The position numbers were made by a program, and so were the translations under genes. Source: Elsinoe ampelina (Eukaryota). Taken from it: 64,000 nt of DNA. How positions within the stretch are numbered: position 1 is the stretch's first letter; every line of letters starts with the position of its first letter. Of this stretch, positions 25,937 to 40,488 are shown one piece after another. The stretch lies in the NCBI GenBank assembly GCA_010093995.1, contig ML992510.1, forward strand, positions 447,504-511,503, read 5' to 3'. Below the pieces are notes generated by a model. The model was not told the DNA's origin, searched no databases, and was given only the letters and a program-made list of their open reading frames with translations.

Positions 25937-28097
25937 CTCTACTCTTTAAGATAAATAGCTATTACTAGTTTATAGTTCTTAAATTTACCTCCTCTATTAG
26001 AGATAAAGATAAATAAAAGCTTATTATAAGCTATTTTATTCCTTATATAAATAAGTTTAATTACTACTAGTATATTACTCTTAAGGAAGAGAATAGTAAT
26101 AAACTTATACTTGCTTTTACTATATGTTATAAAGAGAAGATATTTATAGCTCTTACTTAACTATAGTTTAATAAGACTAATAAGGTCTAGATAGAGCTTA
26201 TCTAGTAAGTACTTTAGTATATCCCTTAGTTCTCTTAATACTACTTTCTATATCTTTAATATAGTATATAGTTTATAGTAGCTAAGATCTAATATTTAAA
26301 GTTCTTCTAATCTAATAGCTTAACTTTTAGTAAGGGAAAGAATAGTATTACTAACATAGCCTAACCTCTAGTACTATCTTTCTAATATTAGCTTTTAAGT
26401 AGTTATAATAGCTAGATTTACTCTTATAGCCTATAGCTTCTATAGTTTTAGCCTTATAGGTAATTCCTTATAGTCCTAAGACTTATAAACTTTAAAGTTC
26501 TTAAGCTATTTAACTCTTTTAAAGTGTTTAATAAGGCTAACTTCCTTTCTATCCTTTATTAAGGATTTACTAACTATAGAGATACTAAGTTCCTCTTTAT
26601 TCTAAAGATTAGATATAAGAGTATTTAGTAATAATAGTAAGTATATATAATTATAAAGCTTAATAATTAACTTCTTACCTTTACTATTAGTTAGAGTAAG
26701 CCTAACTATACTAACTTCTATATTAAGTAGCTTCTTTATACTAATAGCTTATTTAAATTTAAAAACACCTTTATATACTTTAATTATTAAAAACTATAAC
26801 CTATCTTTAATAAAGTATCTTAATATACTAGAGTTATAGATTGCTCTATTCTTACTATAGGTTAAAGATAATAATATAGATACTACTACTACTCTATAGA
26901 CTAGTATAATAATATTAATATTAGTATTAGAGTATTTATTTAATTTACTTACCTTAGTAGGTTCTCTAGATTCTTGAATAGCTACTTAACTCTTAACTTT
27001 CTTAGTCTTTAACTTATTACTTTTACCTTTAGCCTTTATATCTTTATTATTTAATCTATCTTTATTATCTCTTTTACTTTAACTCTTTAGTACTTTCTTA
27101 GAGTACTACTTAAAGTAATCTATATTAGAGTAGATATAATAAGTATACTAAGTATATTAATCTTTAATATAACTAGCTACTCTATAAATAGAGTTTAGAT
27201 TAGTTCTTCTATTATATAGAGGCTTCTAAATTCTAAGAGAGCCTATTATCTCTTTAAGACTCTTCTTATAGTTAAGGCTAGATCTCTAGCTTCTTAACTA
27301 TTTAGTAGTTTCTATTCCTATAATAAATATAGTCTTAATATAGTATAGAGAAAGCCTAAACTTATCTAGTTTAGTACTAATAGTACTTACTCTTTACTCT
27401 ATAGTAATAGTATATTAATAATAGTACTTTATAAAATCTTTATAGTACATTTAGGTATTATAACTTATTATAATTACCTTATTAAGGTTATAGATAGCTA
27501 TATATAGCTTATATAAAACAACAAGTTTAAATATAGCTTTAATAGTATCTAGAAGTTCCTTTAAAGTCTTCTAAGTTATACTATAGTAAGGTCTAATAGA
27601 TTTATAAATCCTTATTATAATAATACTATAAGTAATTCTATTATTCTTATACTAGGTCTTATTCCTAACCTTATAGACTACCTTAGTGCCTTTACTAGTA
27701 TCTAAGGCTAGTTCTTTAGGCTTTATAACTACTAGTATCTAGTTAATACTATAAATTATATATCTAAGTATATCCTTTTTAAGGAGAGCTACCTTAAGGG
27801 TTAATCTCTAAGTATTATAGTTACTTCCTCTCTTAAGAATCTAAGTCTTAAGTATTTTTACTAATCTAGATATAATAATAGTAATTAGCTAAAGGCCTAT
27901 TAATTTAATTAATGTAATTAGCTTATTTAAGCTATTTAAGCTGTTTAATTAAAGGGTTAATATAGGCTACTATAAGTGTTTATCTTAATATAGCTAGTCT
28001 AGAATTTAGTATAGGCGGCTTAGTAATCCTTTTAATAATAACACGCTTAATTTACTATAGCTTTAAGTGTATTTATAGAAGCGCCGGGCTTATAACC

Positions 28098-28239
28098 TGT
28101 TATAACTAGCAAATCGGATCAAGAGATGTGTGTTTTATTTAGAGAGTTACAATAACCGATTTATCTACTATGCGTGCGCTGACTCATCAGTGCCAGTTCT
28201 TCAGTACCAGAGAAGCTGTACTAGCCTTCCATTACAACA
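28098..28239 (-). repeat. Probable 5' LTR of Copia-A (~142 bp)
   Basis: TGTTATAAC...ATTACAACA imperfect inverted termini directly beside a Copia-type PBS. The partner LTR is not in the window, so the right end is inferred. Confidence 0.65.
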
Positions 28240-29245
28240 GTATTCACCCCCACATCTTGGAAATCTACCGCATCTGCGGATCGTAGCTGCGCCCATTGCT
28301 GTACCGCACGAGGCACAAGTCTCGTAAACTCGGTCACACATGGTTGGATGATGTTGCGGAGTGTGTGGTAGTACTTGCGTGTTTGGTTGAGGTGTGGATT
28401 CGGGGTTTAAGTCGAGCGTGAAGATGTGGGATTGCGCTCGTGGGCGTGGCTTGCCTGACCGGGAGTCTTTTGAGCTTGTGAAGCCTTAGGATTCTGGAAA
28501 GAGATGGAGATGAGGATTGAGGGAAGCGAGGAGTTGGCGATGAATTTATGCCTCGTATTACATGGTGCCACGGCGTGACCTTCGATCATCAGGAGACCTC
28601 AGGTTTCATCGGAGACGTCGTTGATAATATCACCTCAGCTTGAGCGCCAACAAGAGCTGCACTATTGGACAATTACTGACCCAGGGACAGCAGGAATCGA
28701 AGTGTGCTGCTATCAAAAGAAACAATCTATCTTCCGTGCCATTTTCCAAGGCTGCAAGCGGCAGAGTGAGCTGCAGGATTGGTGAGTTGATCTTGCGGCA
28801 CAGTCGGGCGGTACCATACTCAGCTCAGAGATTGTTTGCCACCATAAAATCCGTCGCCATTGGCTGATAAGCACTCGATTGGAGGTCAGTACTAGACACG
28901 CTAATGTCGTAACGATACCGAATATTACAAGTCGCATCTCTACGCAACAAGGTATTGGTTGCATGCGCAAGATGTCAGTCCTGCCACGTATCCTGAAACT
29001 CGATCGTTCCACAGGCGCGATGACTCCCTCACGTATGTCTAGGTCGGCGACTAATGTCTGCATTGCTTCCTTCTTCGCTGGGACTGCCGCTCAGATGTAA
29101 GCAGTGGGAACCTCTCCACCACCACAAGGAATGAGATGGCGCTTAGCTCTTCAACTCGAACTACCACTCAATTAATGAGGGGCCTCACTTTCTCTTCATC
29201 TCTCTGTCTACTTCTCAAAGACTTGTACCAAAAGCAGTGACAGAA

Positions 29246-30067
29246 ATGGCCACCATGGCACAACAGATCGCCCTGATCGAGAAAAAGCCTATCAACTCCA
29301 ACGACGCTCTTGTCGACCATTTGTGGCGGACCAAGTCGATCACCAGCGGCATTGTGAAGTCGGTTTTCCTTAAAGTGGATCGTGGGAAATATGCACCAAG
29401 GAAGCCTTACGAGGATACCCCCCAGCACCTCTTGCATCAGGCGACTATCAGCGCCCCCTTCATGCACGCTCGGGCGGTTGAACTATTACTCCCCTACCTA
29501 CTCCCCATGGCCGAAGATGACCGTTCATCAGAAGATGCGGTCAAGACCGTCGGTGTCAATGGACGACCCCGAAGAGTGCTCGACATCGGCAGTGGTAGCG
29601 GCTTCTTGGTGCACGTTTTTGCCGAGCTAGTAGGAGACAAAAGTAGAGTCGTTGGGCTCGATCACCTCACGGAATTGCGGAATCTCGGGGAAGCCAATAT
29701 GCGCAAGTTCGACGAGGGCGTCCGATTTTTGGAGTCAGGGCGTGTACAATTCCATCAGGGAGACGGGCGTGACGGCTGGGACGCTGTGGACACGATGACT
29801 GGCAGTGATCATGGCTGGGACGTCATTCACGTCGGTGCTGGGGCAATCAGGCTGCACGAAGAGCTTGTTCGACAATTGAGGTGCCCTGGCCGATTGTTCA
29901 TCCCCCTAGCTGAAGAAGAACGCTGGTCTTCGGTCCAATATATCTGGACGGTGGACAAAGATGAAAATGGTTGCATTTGCAAGACGAAGCATAGCCTTGC
30001 GGAATTTGTCTGGCTGATGAATGCACCGACCGAGCCAGTCGTATATAGCCAGGAGGGAGACGTATAG
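29246..30067 (+). CDS. Protein-L-isoaspartate O-methyltransferase (PCMT)-like protein, divergent and intronless
   Basis: VDRxxY, ATISAPxMHA, VLDIGSGSG (SAM motif I), GDGRxGW, DVIHVGA, QLRxPGRLFIP. First ATG at 29,246. Confidence 0.9.
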   Translation: MATMAQQIALIEKKPINSNDALVDHLWRTKSITSGIVKSVFLKVDRGKYAPRKPYEDTPQHLLHQATISAPFMHARAVELLLPYLLPMAEDDRSSEDAVKTVGVNGRPRRVLDIGSGSGFLVHVFAELVGDKSRVVGLDHLTELRNLGEANMRKFDEGVRFLESGRVQFHQGDGRDGWDAVDTMTGSDHGWDVIHVGAGAIRLHEELVRQLRCPGRLFIPLAEEERWSSVQYIWTVDKDENGCICKTKHSLAEFVWLMNAPTEPVVYSQEGDV

Positions 30068-30345
30068 CCTAGGCACATATCGCATGTTGTTTACAGAGAT
30101 TGACCTGAATATGGGAGGGTGGAACAAGGGAAGTGCTTTCTACATATTTTGCCGCAACACTTTGAGAGACGCTGCGAGGCGGCCCCGAGGCCCGAAGCCC
30201 CGACCGCACAACAGAGCAACGTGAAACCGTCCCTTGTATGTACTACTACATCGCGCGCTCTTGTGAATGTTCGAAAAGAAGACCGGTCTTGCCATCAGCA
30301 CTCGCATTGGAAGATTCCAAGTCATTGATGCGTGACGTCGGAACA

Positions 30346-31011
30346 ATGACTCAGAGTACGTGGATATGATTTCTGATCAGGGTCGCAAGCTCAGAGCTCC
30401 TAGCACGCTCATTCGACCGCCGCCCGGTTGTCATCTCTGGTCCTTCAGGTGTTGGAAAAGGAACTTTATGTCAAAGGCTCTTTGATGCCTACCCAAACAC
30501 CTTCGCCTTGACGACATCTCACACTACTCGTCAGCCTCGGGCTGGCGAAGTCGAGGGTGTCAATTACTTCTATGTTTCGACTTCCACATTCACTTCTCTG
30601 ATCAGTCAAGATGCTTTCGTCGAGTACACAACCTTCGGTGGCAACTATTACGGTACAAGCAAACAGACAATCGAAGATCAGACCGCAAAAGGCCTTGTCG
30701 TCGTGCTGGACATTGAAATGGAAGGTGTCAAGCGTATAAAAGCGAGCAGCGGCATCGATGCTCGATACGTATTCATCAAGCCACCTAGCTTCGAAGCGCT
30801 CGAGGCGCGGCTTAGAGGTCGCGGCACGGAGAAAGAGGAGGACATACAGAAGAGATTGGCGCAGGCCGCAGTGGAGCTCGAGTATGCCAACACTCATGGT
30901 GTCCATGATAAAATTATCGTCAACGATGATCTCGACAAGTCCTTTGCTGAGCTTGAAGATTTCATTTTTGGAAAATTGAACAAGGTCGAATCGCAAGCTA
31001 CCGATCCGTAA
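30346..31011 (+). CDS. Guanylate kinase (GUK1-like); one predicted intron 30,356-30,403
   Basis: RPVVISGPSGVGKGTL P-loop read in frame upstream of the listed ORF; SHTTRQPRAGEVEGVNYFYV, NYYGTS, LDIEMEGV, LEARLRGRGTE. Confidence 0.93.
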
Positions 31012-31807
31012 ATTGCGGCAAAGGCCAGAAGGTCTTCCGAACGCCATCAATACCCAAGTCTCTGCCTTTGACAAGAATCATGGACGACACAAAGGTCCAC
31101 CACCAGATCCAGCGTGAAGGTCCGATGGTGGCGCAGTGCATATGGTTCACCAAGCAAATGCAGAAGCAGGTGGCCAAGTCAAGTAGCTTTGGCTTCGCTG
31201 CTAGACGAGGCGCACATGCGTAGGCCTATGTGGAGGACTGCTTAAGCTCCCGGCTTTGCGGCTTTGTAAGCGAAAATCTTCTAACAGCGGAGGCAGTCTC
31301 ACGAGCTCAGGTAGATGCCCTTACGAAGTACGCCGCATTGAGGCCAAGGATGATGATAATGACCGCAAGATGACACCTTTTGACCAGTTGAACCTTCTCG
31401 TGGACCATCGCGATTTGCATGTTCGACCGACGCTATCATATCCCGCCAAGAAGATGCCAATGAGTCACGAGCAGTCCCTTCATCTCGTGTGTAGCAATGT
31501 TCTGGGGCTACGCGCTCTCTCTGTTCTCTGCTCATTTGCAATCCGGGGTGCACATCTGTGTAATCATCATTGTATAATGCGAATCTTGCAAGTAATCACT
31601 CTGAGATCTCCCTCCTGGGCTGATAACCCGGAGAGTCACTCTGTCGAAGGACCCGGCCCAACCCTTCTGACGTTGGGTCCGCTGATGAGCATTTCCCCCC
31701 ACTTTGGCCATCCATCCACCGCAAAAAGGACGATTATCTCCTGATGTCCTGAGATAGTAGCCAATGTGCAAGCCACAGAGCCAGCGACCTTCAGTCCCCG
31801 CCATATA

Positions 31808-33000
31808 ATGCCTCGGGAACAGCATGGTAGTACTATACACCTCCCCTTCCGTCCCATTCTACCACACGGTCCTTTCGCGCCTTTCAACCACGGGAATGAT
31901 ACTATCATGCTCACGAGGGACAGGAGCCGTCAGATACAATCGCGACTGCTATCCCTTCCACAAGAGATCAAAGACATCATTTGGTCCTACATGACAGCTG
32001 ACAATCGAATACTGCTCCGCCTCGAACGTATCGAAAGAGAGCCCGAGCCTTCCGCTAGATCCTCTTCTCGATTAGCAGGCTACTTCGACTTCGCCGAGCT
32101 GGAAACCGATTCCCTAATCTACGACATGTGGCACCACGAGGACAGTCTTCTCAACCCTGCTCCCTCTTCAGGTCTGCTCAGTCTAGTCCTATCCTGCAAA
32201 CAGATGTACATCCTTCCCTCTCTTCTTCTCTCAATGATCCCTACATCTTCCCATTTCCTCGCTTCTTATCCTTCATCACTAGTGCACAGTTCCTTCCTTA
32301 TCCCCACTTCCGGGCACGTACACATCCAACCACCCACCAAAACTCTTACCCTAACACTTGCCCAGCTACATCCCCCTCCTCCCACTCCTCTACTCAACCC
32401 CAACCTTCACCCTCCTCCGCTTCCGCGACATCCTCTCCCTCCCCCTCTGGCTCCCCTCCTCCTCCCTAAACCACATCACCTCCCTAGACCTCTACCTCAC
32501 CTACACCGAACTCCTCCCTGAGCTCTCAACCCCCCTTGGCCTGCAACCCCCGATCATCCCTCCCTACGCACCTCCCCATCGCCACCTCGAGGCGAAGATA
32601 CAGTACGATGCTGCTTGGAAGGTCATCGGCTCTTTGAGTAACTTGAAGGAGTTGGCGGTGTACCTCCGACTTCCGGACGACTGGATCGAGGCAGAAGGGT
32701 GGCGGAAGAACGGGGAGGGGGGTGCTGGAGCCGATCAGGCGGGTCGCAGAGAAGGGGTTGAGGAGGTTTGAGGTGTATTTGCCTTGTTCGGAGAGCACAT
32801 TGGGGGGGATAGAGGTGGAGGGATGCGAGATCAGGAGTGGCGAGGGGGGAAATCTGAGGTTGTTCAGGAGGGGAGGGTGGGCGCCTGGTGGAGGGAACAG
32901 GGGGGCGTTGGCGATTGGGCAGTGGCCTCCACGGCAAGGGCAAGGCGGTGCTGGGGCTGGCATGAATGGGTTGATACCAGGCTTGGTACGGTGGGGTTGA
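31808..33000 (+). CDS. F-box-like fungal protein of unknown function; intron 32,206-32,365 and an apparent frameshift at 32,717-32,722; start uncertain
   Basis: QSRLLSLPQEIKDIIW motif. The splice joins SCKQI/Y...LLYSTPTF. The C-terminal LEPIRRV..FEVYLP lies in a shifted frame. Confidence 0.6.
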
Positions 33001-33259
33001 ACGTGGGTCCGGCGTGAAGGGACTCACAGTGGAGAGACGTGCAAGGGACGAGAGTGAAAGACCAGGCTTTAGGTCAGGTGTTCGCATGCACTATCTAATG
33101 CTCTCTTATGAAGGCATACTTAGCAGCCATTTTGGCGCTACACAGCCATGGCTGCATTGCCATGCTGCTGTTCAGGATCAGTAGTCCCACTCTTCAGCAC
33201 AGCAAATGTGATCGGACCAGCGTTCGACGCTTTTGCAAAAGAGCCTACACTTCCGCTCT

Positions 33260-35737
33260 TCAACTCTGATCCATCGCATCCCCCTCCCCATCCCCATCTT
33301 CATCCTCATCCTCACTCCCCTCATCACTCTCCTCCGCATCCACCTCCCCGAGCAACTCCCTATCCTCCTCATCCAACTCCTGATCCACATCCTCCACCCC
33401 ACCCATCGTCTCATCACCATCCATCTCATCCTCATCATCCTCCATCCCCTCATCCCCCTCCACAGTATCCTGCACCCCATCCCCGTCCCTCCCGTCCTCA
33501 GTCTTAATCCCACCTCTGCCCATCCCACCACCTCTCCTCCCCCTCCCCCTTCCCCGCCCAACATTCTTCCTCACCAACCTCGGCCTCGCCCCGATGTCCA
33601 AGGGATCCTTCCCGATCTCCTCCTCGTACAAATCCGTCACGCTCTTCCTCCGGACCCACTTCCTCTCTCTAATCTCGCCCCCCTTATACGTCTCCAACAA
33701 CCTCCCCCTCGCCTCCCCTACCACTCGTGCCAAATGGCCAAACTCCTCCCCGCAGTCCTCCACCTCCCTAAGGCCAGGCATCACGTATCCAGCCATCCAC
33801 ACCCCACCTCTGGGACGAGTCATGACCACCCCCTTGCCCAACTGCCGCCCCCACAGCCTCCCTTCGCCGTCGAAATCCATGCCCCCCACCCTCGTACCGT
33901 CTTCCTTCCCCTCTTCCTTCTCAGCGCGCGCTTCCTCCTCCTCGCTGTCCCATCCGCTGGGCGCGCGTTTGATGCGCATCCACGCCCTGAGCAGGCCGCC
34001 CTCGCGAAAACGTTTCTGCCGGCCCGAGATCTGCGCCTTTTGCACCCCGCGCTCGATGATGCGGCGGACGCGGCTGCGGCGGTATTCCGAGATGGCGAGC
34101 TGATGGGTCGTGAGCGGGCGGAGTTTCTTGTTGTTGCTGCCTGGTGTGGGGAGGGTTTCACCGCCTGCGCGGGCGAGGATTTCGGCTGCGAGACGGGGTG
34201 GGAGGACGGAGGAGGCGGAGTCGTCTGTTGGAGGGAAGGTGGCGTGGGGGGTTGAGCTGACGCGGTCAGAGTGTGAAGTGGTTGGCGCCAATTTGTTGCG
34301 GCGCCAATTGCCACGGCCGGGACCTTTGGGTTTGGTGGAGCGGGAAGGTGTGTCTTCGCCGCTTGGACGCGGGGCGATGTGGGTGTTGTTGAACGTGGTG
34401 GGTGGGGATGGTGAGCCTCCGTCGCTGCCGTACTCACCACGATGCGCGGCCGAGGAGTGGACTGAGCCATGAGGTGCGGGAGAGCCATCATCGCGGCCAG
34501 GGGTAGTGGTACCTTCATACTCGGATGGAACGTAGCCGGGTCGAAAGATGTTACGCTCCTTGCGTGCACGCTTCAATGCCGTCATAGCTGGAGAGGGCTC
34601 TGAAGCAACGATAGCTATCCGCTCTTTGCGCTTCTGCTCGCCGAATGCCTTTTCTTCTTCGGTGTCGACATTTTCAAGCGCGGCTTGTTCTTCGGTCAGA
34701 ACCTCGAGGGTCGGCACCTTGATCGGTAAGCCTTCCGCGCCATCGCCGGGAGAACCAGCGCCGAAAGGGTTCGCAAGCGCATCCGCAGCCGAGTAGTCCG
34801 ATTCCAGGTACCACCAGACCAGCCAAAGAAAGGCGCGAGCACGGGATTTGGAAGAAAGAGTAGGTCGCATGACCAGGTCGAAGAAGTCTCGAGGGGGGTT
34901 GAAATGCATCTCAGTCACTTTTGGAGCATACTGAGCCAGTACGAAGATCAGGTTAACAGGGTTTGTCCGCGGTCGCTTGGCCAACTTGATCTCTTCCAGC
35001 GTACCAGGCTGTGGGTCATCTTCTGATGCGCCCTTAAGTATCGACTTGAGGCGAGGCGCGTCCTGGAGCTGCTTGTATGCATGAGGATCCTGATGAGCCT
35101 GAAGAGCAGGAATCGAGTGGTATGTCCGGAGCTGAGCTCTCATCTCGGGGAAGACTTGTATAATTAGTCACAGCGTCTCAGATCACAGTTGAAACAACGT
35201 ACAATTCAGTGTCGTGTTCATACGTCCCACATTGACAAGCAGACAGACCATAGCCATGGTGATCGCTGAAGCATGATCTTGTACCAACTTCTCCTTCAGG
35301 ATCTTGCTTGTCTTACTACTCTGCGCGAGAGTATCGATGTAGACCTCTGCAAAGGAGTGCCCGTATTCGCCGTCGGAGACTCGTGTGAAGACTTTCTGCT
35401 GATCCTCGAAGATGGCATGCAAGAACTCGAACTGAATATCCTTCCTCCATAACGGTACTCCATCCTCTTTCTTCAGATGTCTAATCTTGTTTCCCGAGAA
35501 GACAGAAGAGACACTGCCATTGGCGTTACGTCGAGTAGTTTGCGTGATGGCGGTATAGTGTGGCGCATTCTCATCGCGACTTCCGTCCTCGTCTTGATCG
35601 CGTTCTGAGACGAGAGTGGCATCAACAGCTTCGGATGCAGGTGGACCTGGAGAAGGTCTGGATTGTCTAGGTGTTTGTTTGACAGTGTCATCAGCCAATA
35701 TATGCTTCAGACTGCTTCGTGAATCTTGTTCCGCCAT
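33260..35737 (-). CDS. IES1: INO80 complex subunit Ies1; intron 35,155-35,202
   Basis: IRHLKKEDGVPLWRKDIQ, CLLVNVGRMNTTLNF/FPEMRAQLRTYHSIP, KQLQDAPRLKSILKG, RARAFLWLxWWYLE; acidic tail. Confidence 0.9.
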
Positions 35738-36824
35738 GCTGCAGCTGTCTCATGCGCTCCTTGCACGATTGCACAATCCTCCAGACTCGATCTGACGTGG
35801 GCTTAGCGATTCGCGTTGACCATCGTTGACCAGAAGGACAAGTCGCAATAAGTCCCAATTCGAAGGATGGGGGCGAGTCTCTGATGGTCGAGATTGTCAG
35901 ATAGTTGTTGAGAAGTGGGAGGAGAGACGCGAATGGAAATCAAGTAAGGTTATCGGAGCTGCGGCGGGACACGTTGGGTTGCGCACCCGATGAGCTTCAG
36001 CCCTCCGGCCTTGGCGTCATGGTATACAAGCTCGCAGTGGCACATGTCCATCATTGAAAAGAAGCTTACAGGAACAAATCCAAGGACGCACGAAATTCAC
36101 AGAATGCACAATTATTTAGTCTGGAACGCTCAAATTCCATTGCTCAGTCTATGTGGGAATTAAGCTTGGACGAGCCTTGACTCAGTCCAGAAGTGGTGCT
36201 TCATGTCGCTCACACTGGCCGAAAGGGCCAATGAAGCTGGGTATTATGTCTAGAGACCATGCATGTCTCCATCAAGAATCACCTCCGGATCAAGCCATGA
36301 CTTTTCCCTTTCCCCTTGTTGAAACCACCACCACCAAAAGCCCTGGCTGAAACATGAAAGTCTATAATCGGAGTGTCTGCCCATGGAAAGAAGTTGGGAG
36401 CAGTCGGTCGTATTGCTGTACGCGTTGGCCGCATCATTATTCGTAGTCTTCGTGTTCTTTTCGAGAATCTCCTCGCGGTTGTGGTGCCTGCCCGTCCGAA
36501 GAACCATTTTGTATCCGGGGCACCAGCCCGCCGAGATTATGCTGCTGAAGAACTCAAAGACCGAGGTGAATAACTTTTGCATGAGTGGCTTCGGTCCTGC
36601 CACCTCCCATGAAGTGCCGTGAAGAAGCCACAGAAAAGCCAACGCTGTCTATAATGCCATTGTGGGTATGTGCCGATAAACCGCAGGAGACACTGCCGCT
36701 CCGCTCCATGTGTCCGCCGAGCCGCAAAGAAGTCGATCATAAAGCAGTGCAAAGATGTAAGAAAAGCCGCGAGGTGTCATCAGGTGACACGAGTCGGGGC
36801 GTTGTGTCGCACCTGATTGGTATA

Positions 36825-39026
<2,202 letters not shown>

Positions 39027-39457
39027 TCAAAAATTTCTGAGAAAGGTTGATTGCTGCTCAGACGGCGGTGAAAAGTCGTATCACGCAGTCTATCGTGTCT
39101 TCCGCTCTGAATAAAGAGTGACAAGACCCGATGCTGAACAGAAAGTCTAAATCAAATATGAAGCGTGTCGTTCTAAAAGGAAAGACACACCAGAAGTTGT
39201 GGATGGGAGTTTGTGAGGAGGAAAAAGTAAAGCGTTTGGAGTTTTGGACAAAATTTGATGAGGACGCCGCACGACCGCAAAACTGACGCCACGGCCAGGC
39301 CTTGTCCGAATCAGGCGCCCAGAAATAGCCTGCACATGCCCGACAGTCCCACTCATTCGGGCGAAGTGATTTTATGCATTTCTACATGACAACATGCATA
39401 TGAAATGCCAACGCAAGGGTCTAATCAGATGATTCACTGGACAAGGATGAGATACAT

Positions 39458-39750
39458 TTAGGCCATGCCTTTTTCATAGACACCTCCACGCTTGGTGGTC
39501 GAACCCCCACGTAAAAAGCGAAGGCAAACTAGAACAATGACCGCAACCAATCCGAGCTTGATAGGTAGACTGAGTCCTTCTTCCAATTGCGCCTTCACCT
39601 TTGCATCGTAGGTCTCCTCGGTGTGTTTCGAAAGAGGCTCCTGTCCTTCCTTGGTCTTTGGCACCTCGTCGTGGACTGCTCCTGCCGACTTTGACTTGCT
39701 TCCAGTGTCGGTTTCCCCAGCGAACCCCTCGAATGGAGAGCCGTATGCAC
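39458..39750 (-). CDS. cypB: Alternative terminal exon of cyclophilin B encoding a linker and transmembrane anchor
   Basis: In frame if the donor at 39,835 joins the acceptor at 39,751; ends LGLVAVIVLVCLRFLR...YEKGMA*. Confidence 0.75.
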
Positions 39751-39815
39751 CTGATACAAAATCCTGTCAGAATGCGACTGGAATGGCTGCCGAGCGGAGA
39801 CATACCGCCAGACAA

Positions 39816-40488
39816 CTAAAGCTCATTGTGGATACCTTCATCGGGAACCTCAAGCTCCCCTGCGTCGCTGATGACAACCTTCTCAGAGGGCCTGTCTCCT
39901 GCTCCTTTCTTGACATTCTGGACCTTGTCGACAATGTCATAGCCTTCGAGAACCTCGCCGAATACGACGTGACGTCCATCGAGCCAGCTGGTGATTGCGG
40001 TGGTGATGAAGAACTGGCTTCCGTTGGTGTCCTTGCCAGAGTTGGCCATGCCTGAAATCGTTAGTCTTGTAATACCAGAGTGATATGCTGCACTTACTGA
40101 GGATGCCCTTCTTGTGGTGCTTCAGCTTGAAGTTCTCGTCTGGAAACTTCTCGCCGTAGATGGACTTCCCTCCGGTACCATCGCCACGGGTAAAGTCACC
40201 TCCCTGGATCATAAAGTCCTTGATGACACGGTGGAAGGTGGAATCCTTGAAGCCGAATCCCTTCTCGCCAGTAGCAAGAGCACGGAAGTTCTCCGCAGTC
40301 TTGGGAACAGTCTTGCCGTAGAGACCGATGACAACACGGCCGAGCTTCTCTTCACCATGAGTGAGGTCAAAGTAGACTTTGTGTGTGATCTTAGGACCCT
40401 TGGCAGCTTCGGTGGACTGAGCGAAGAAGACGAAGACGACAGTCAGAATGACCATCAATGAGATGGCAATTCGCTGAAGTGATGCCAT
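39816..40488 (-). CDS. cypB: ER cyclophilin B (PPIase), HNEL-terminated isoform; intron 40,052-40,097
   Basis: Signal peptide; [57 protein letters not shown]-terminal HNEL. Confidence 0.96.

Larger units (their letters stand above)
1..28097. other. RIP-mutated AT-rich transposon block
   Basis: Strong TpA excess and CpA/TpG depletion. Almost no ORFs. Homologous copies differ mostly by C>T/G>A transitions. Composition returns to normal at ~28.1 kb. Confidence 0.97.
2798..28239 (-). mobile_element. Ty1/Copia host element (Copia-A), split by later insertions into 2798-4354, 11,367-11,550, 16,913-18,912 and 25,937-28,239
   Basis: Minus-strand relics in Copia order after reverting RIP: protease DSG ~26,830; WHQRLGH ~26,365; HLDLIGP ~26,190; integrase QNGKSE ~18,870; LYGLKQA ~17,350; YVDD ~17,230; TRPDI ~17,010; SDSDFAGD ~11,470; TEAEY..KHID..QLADxLTK at 4057-4340. 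PBS at 28,086-28,097. Two N gaps lie inside, so continuity is partly inferred. Confidence 0.8.

Noticed and set aside
28600..29150. Short ORFs upstream of PCMT, including a GEVPTAYI string on the minus strand reminiscent of acyl-CoA ligase C-termini
   Set aside because: Followed by a stop and no other supporting motif.
31030..31760. ORF 31,256-31,744 and overlapping frames as a third member of the PCMT-GUK cluster
   Set aside because: Non-ATG start and no recognisable domain.
33148..34796. Long Pro/His-rich + strand ORFs
   Set aside because: Antisense shadows of IES1 caused by the C/G skew.
35800..36800. Several 60-130 aa ORFs between IES1 and DED1
   Set aside because: No recognisable motif; probably DED1 3' UTR and IES1 promoter.
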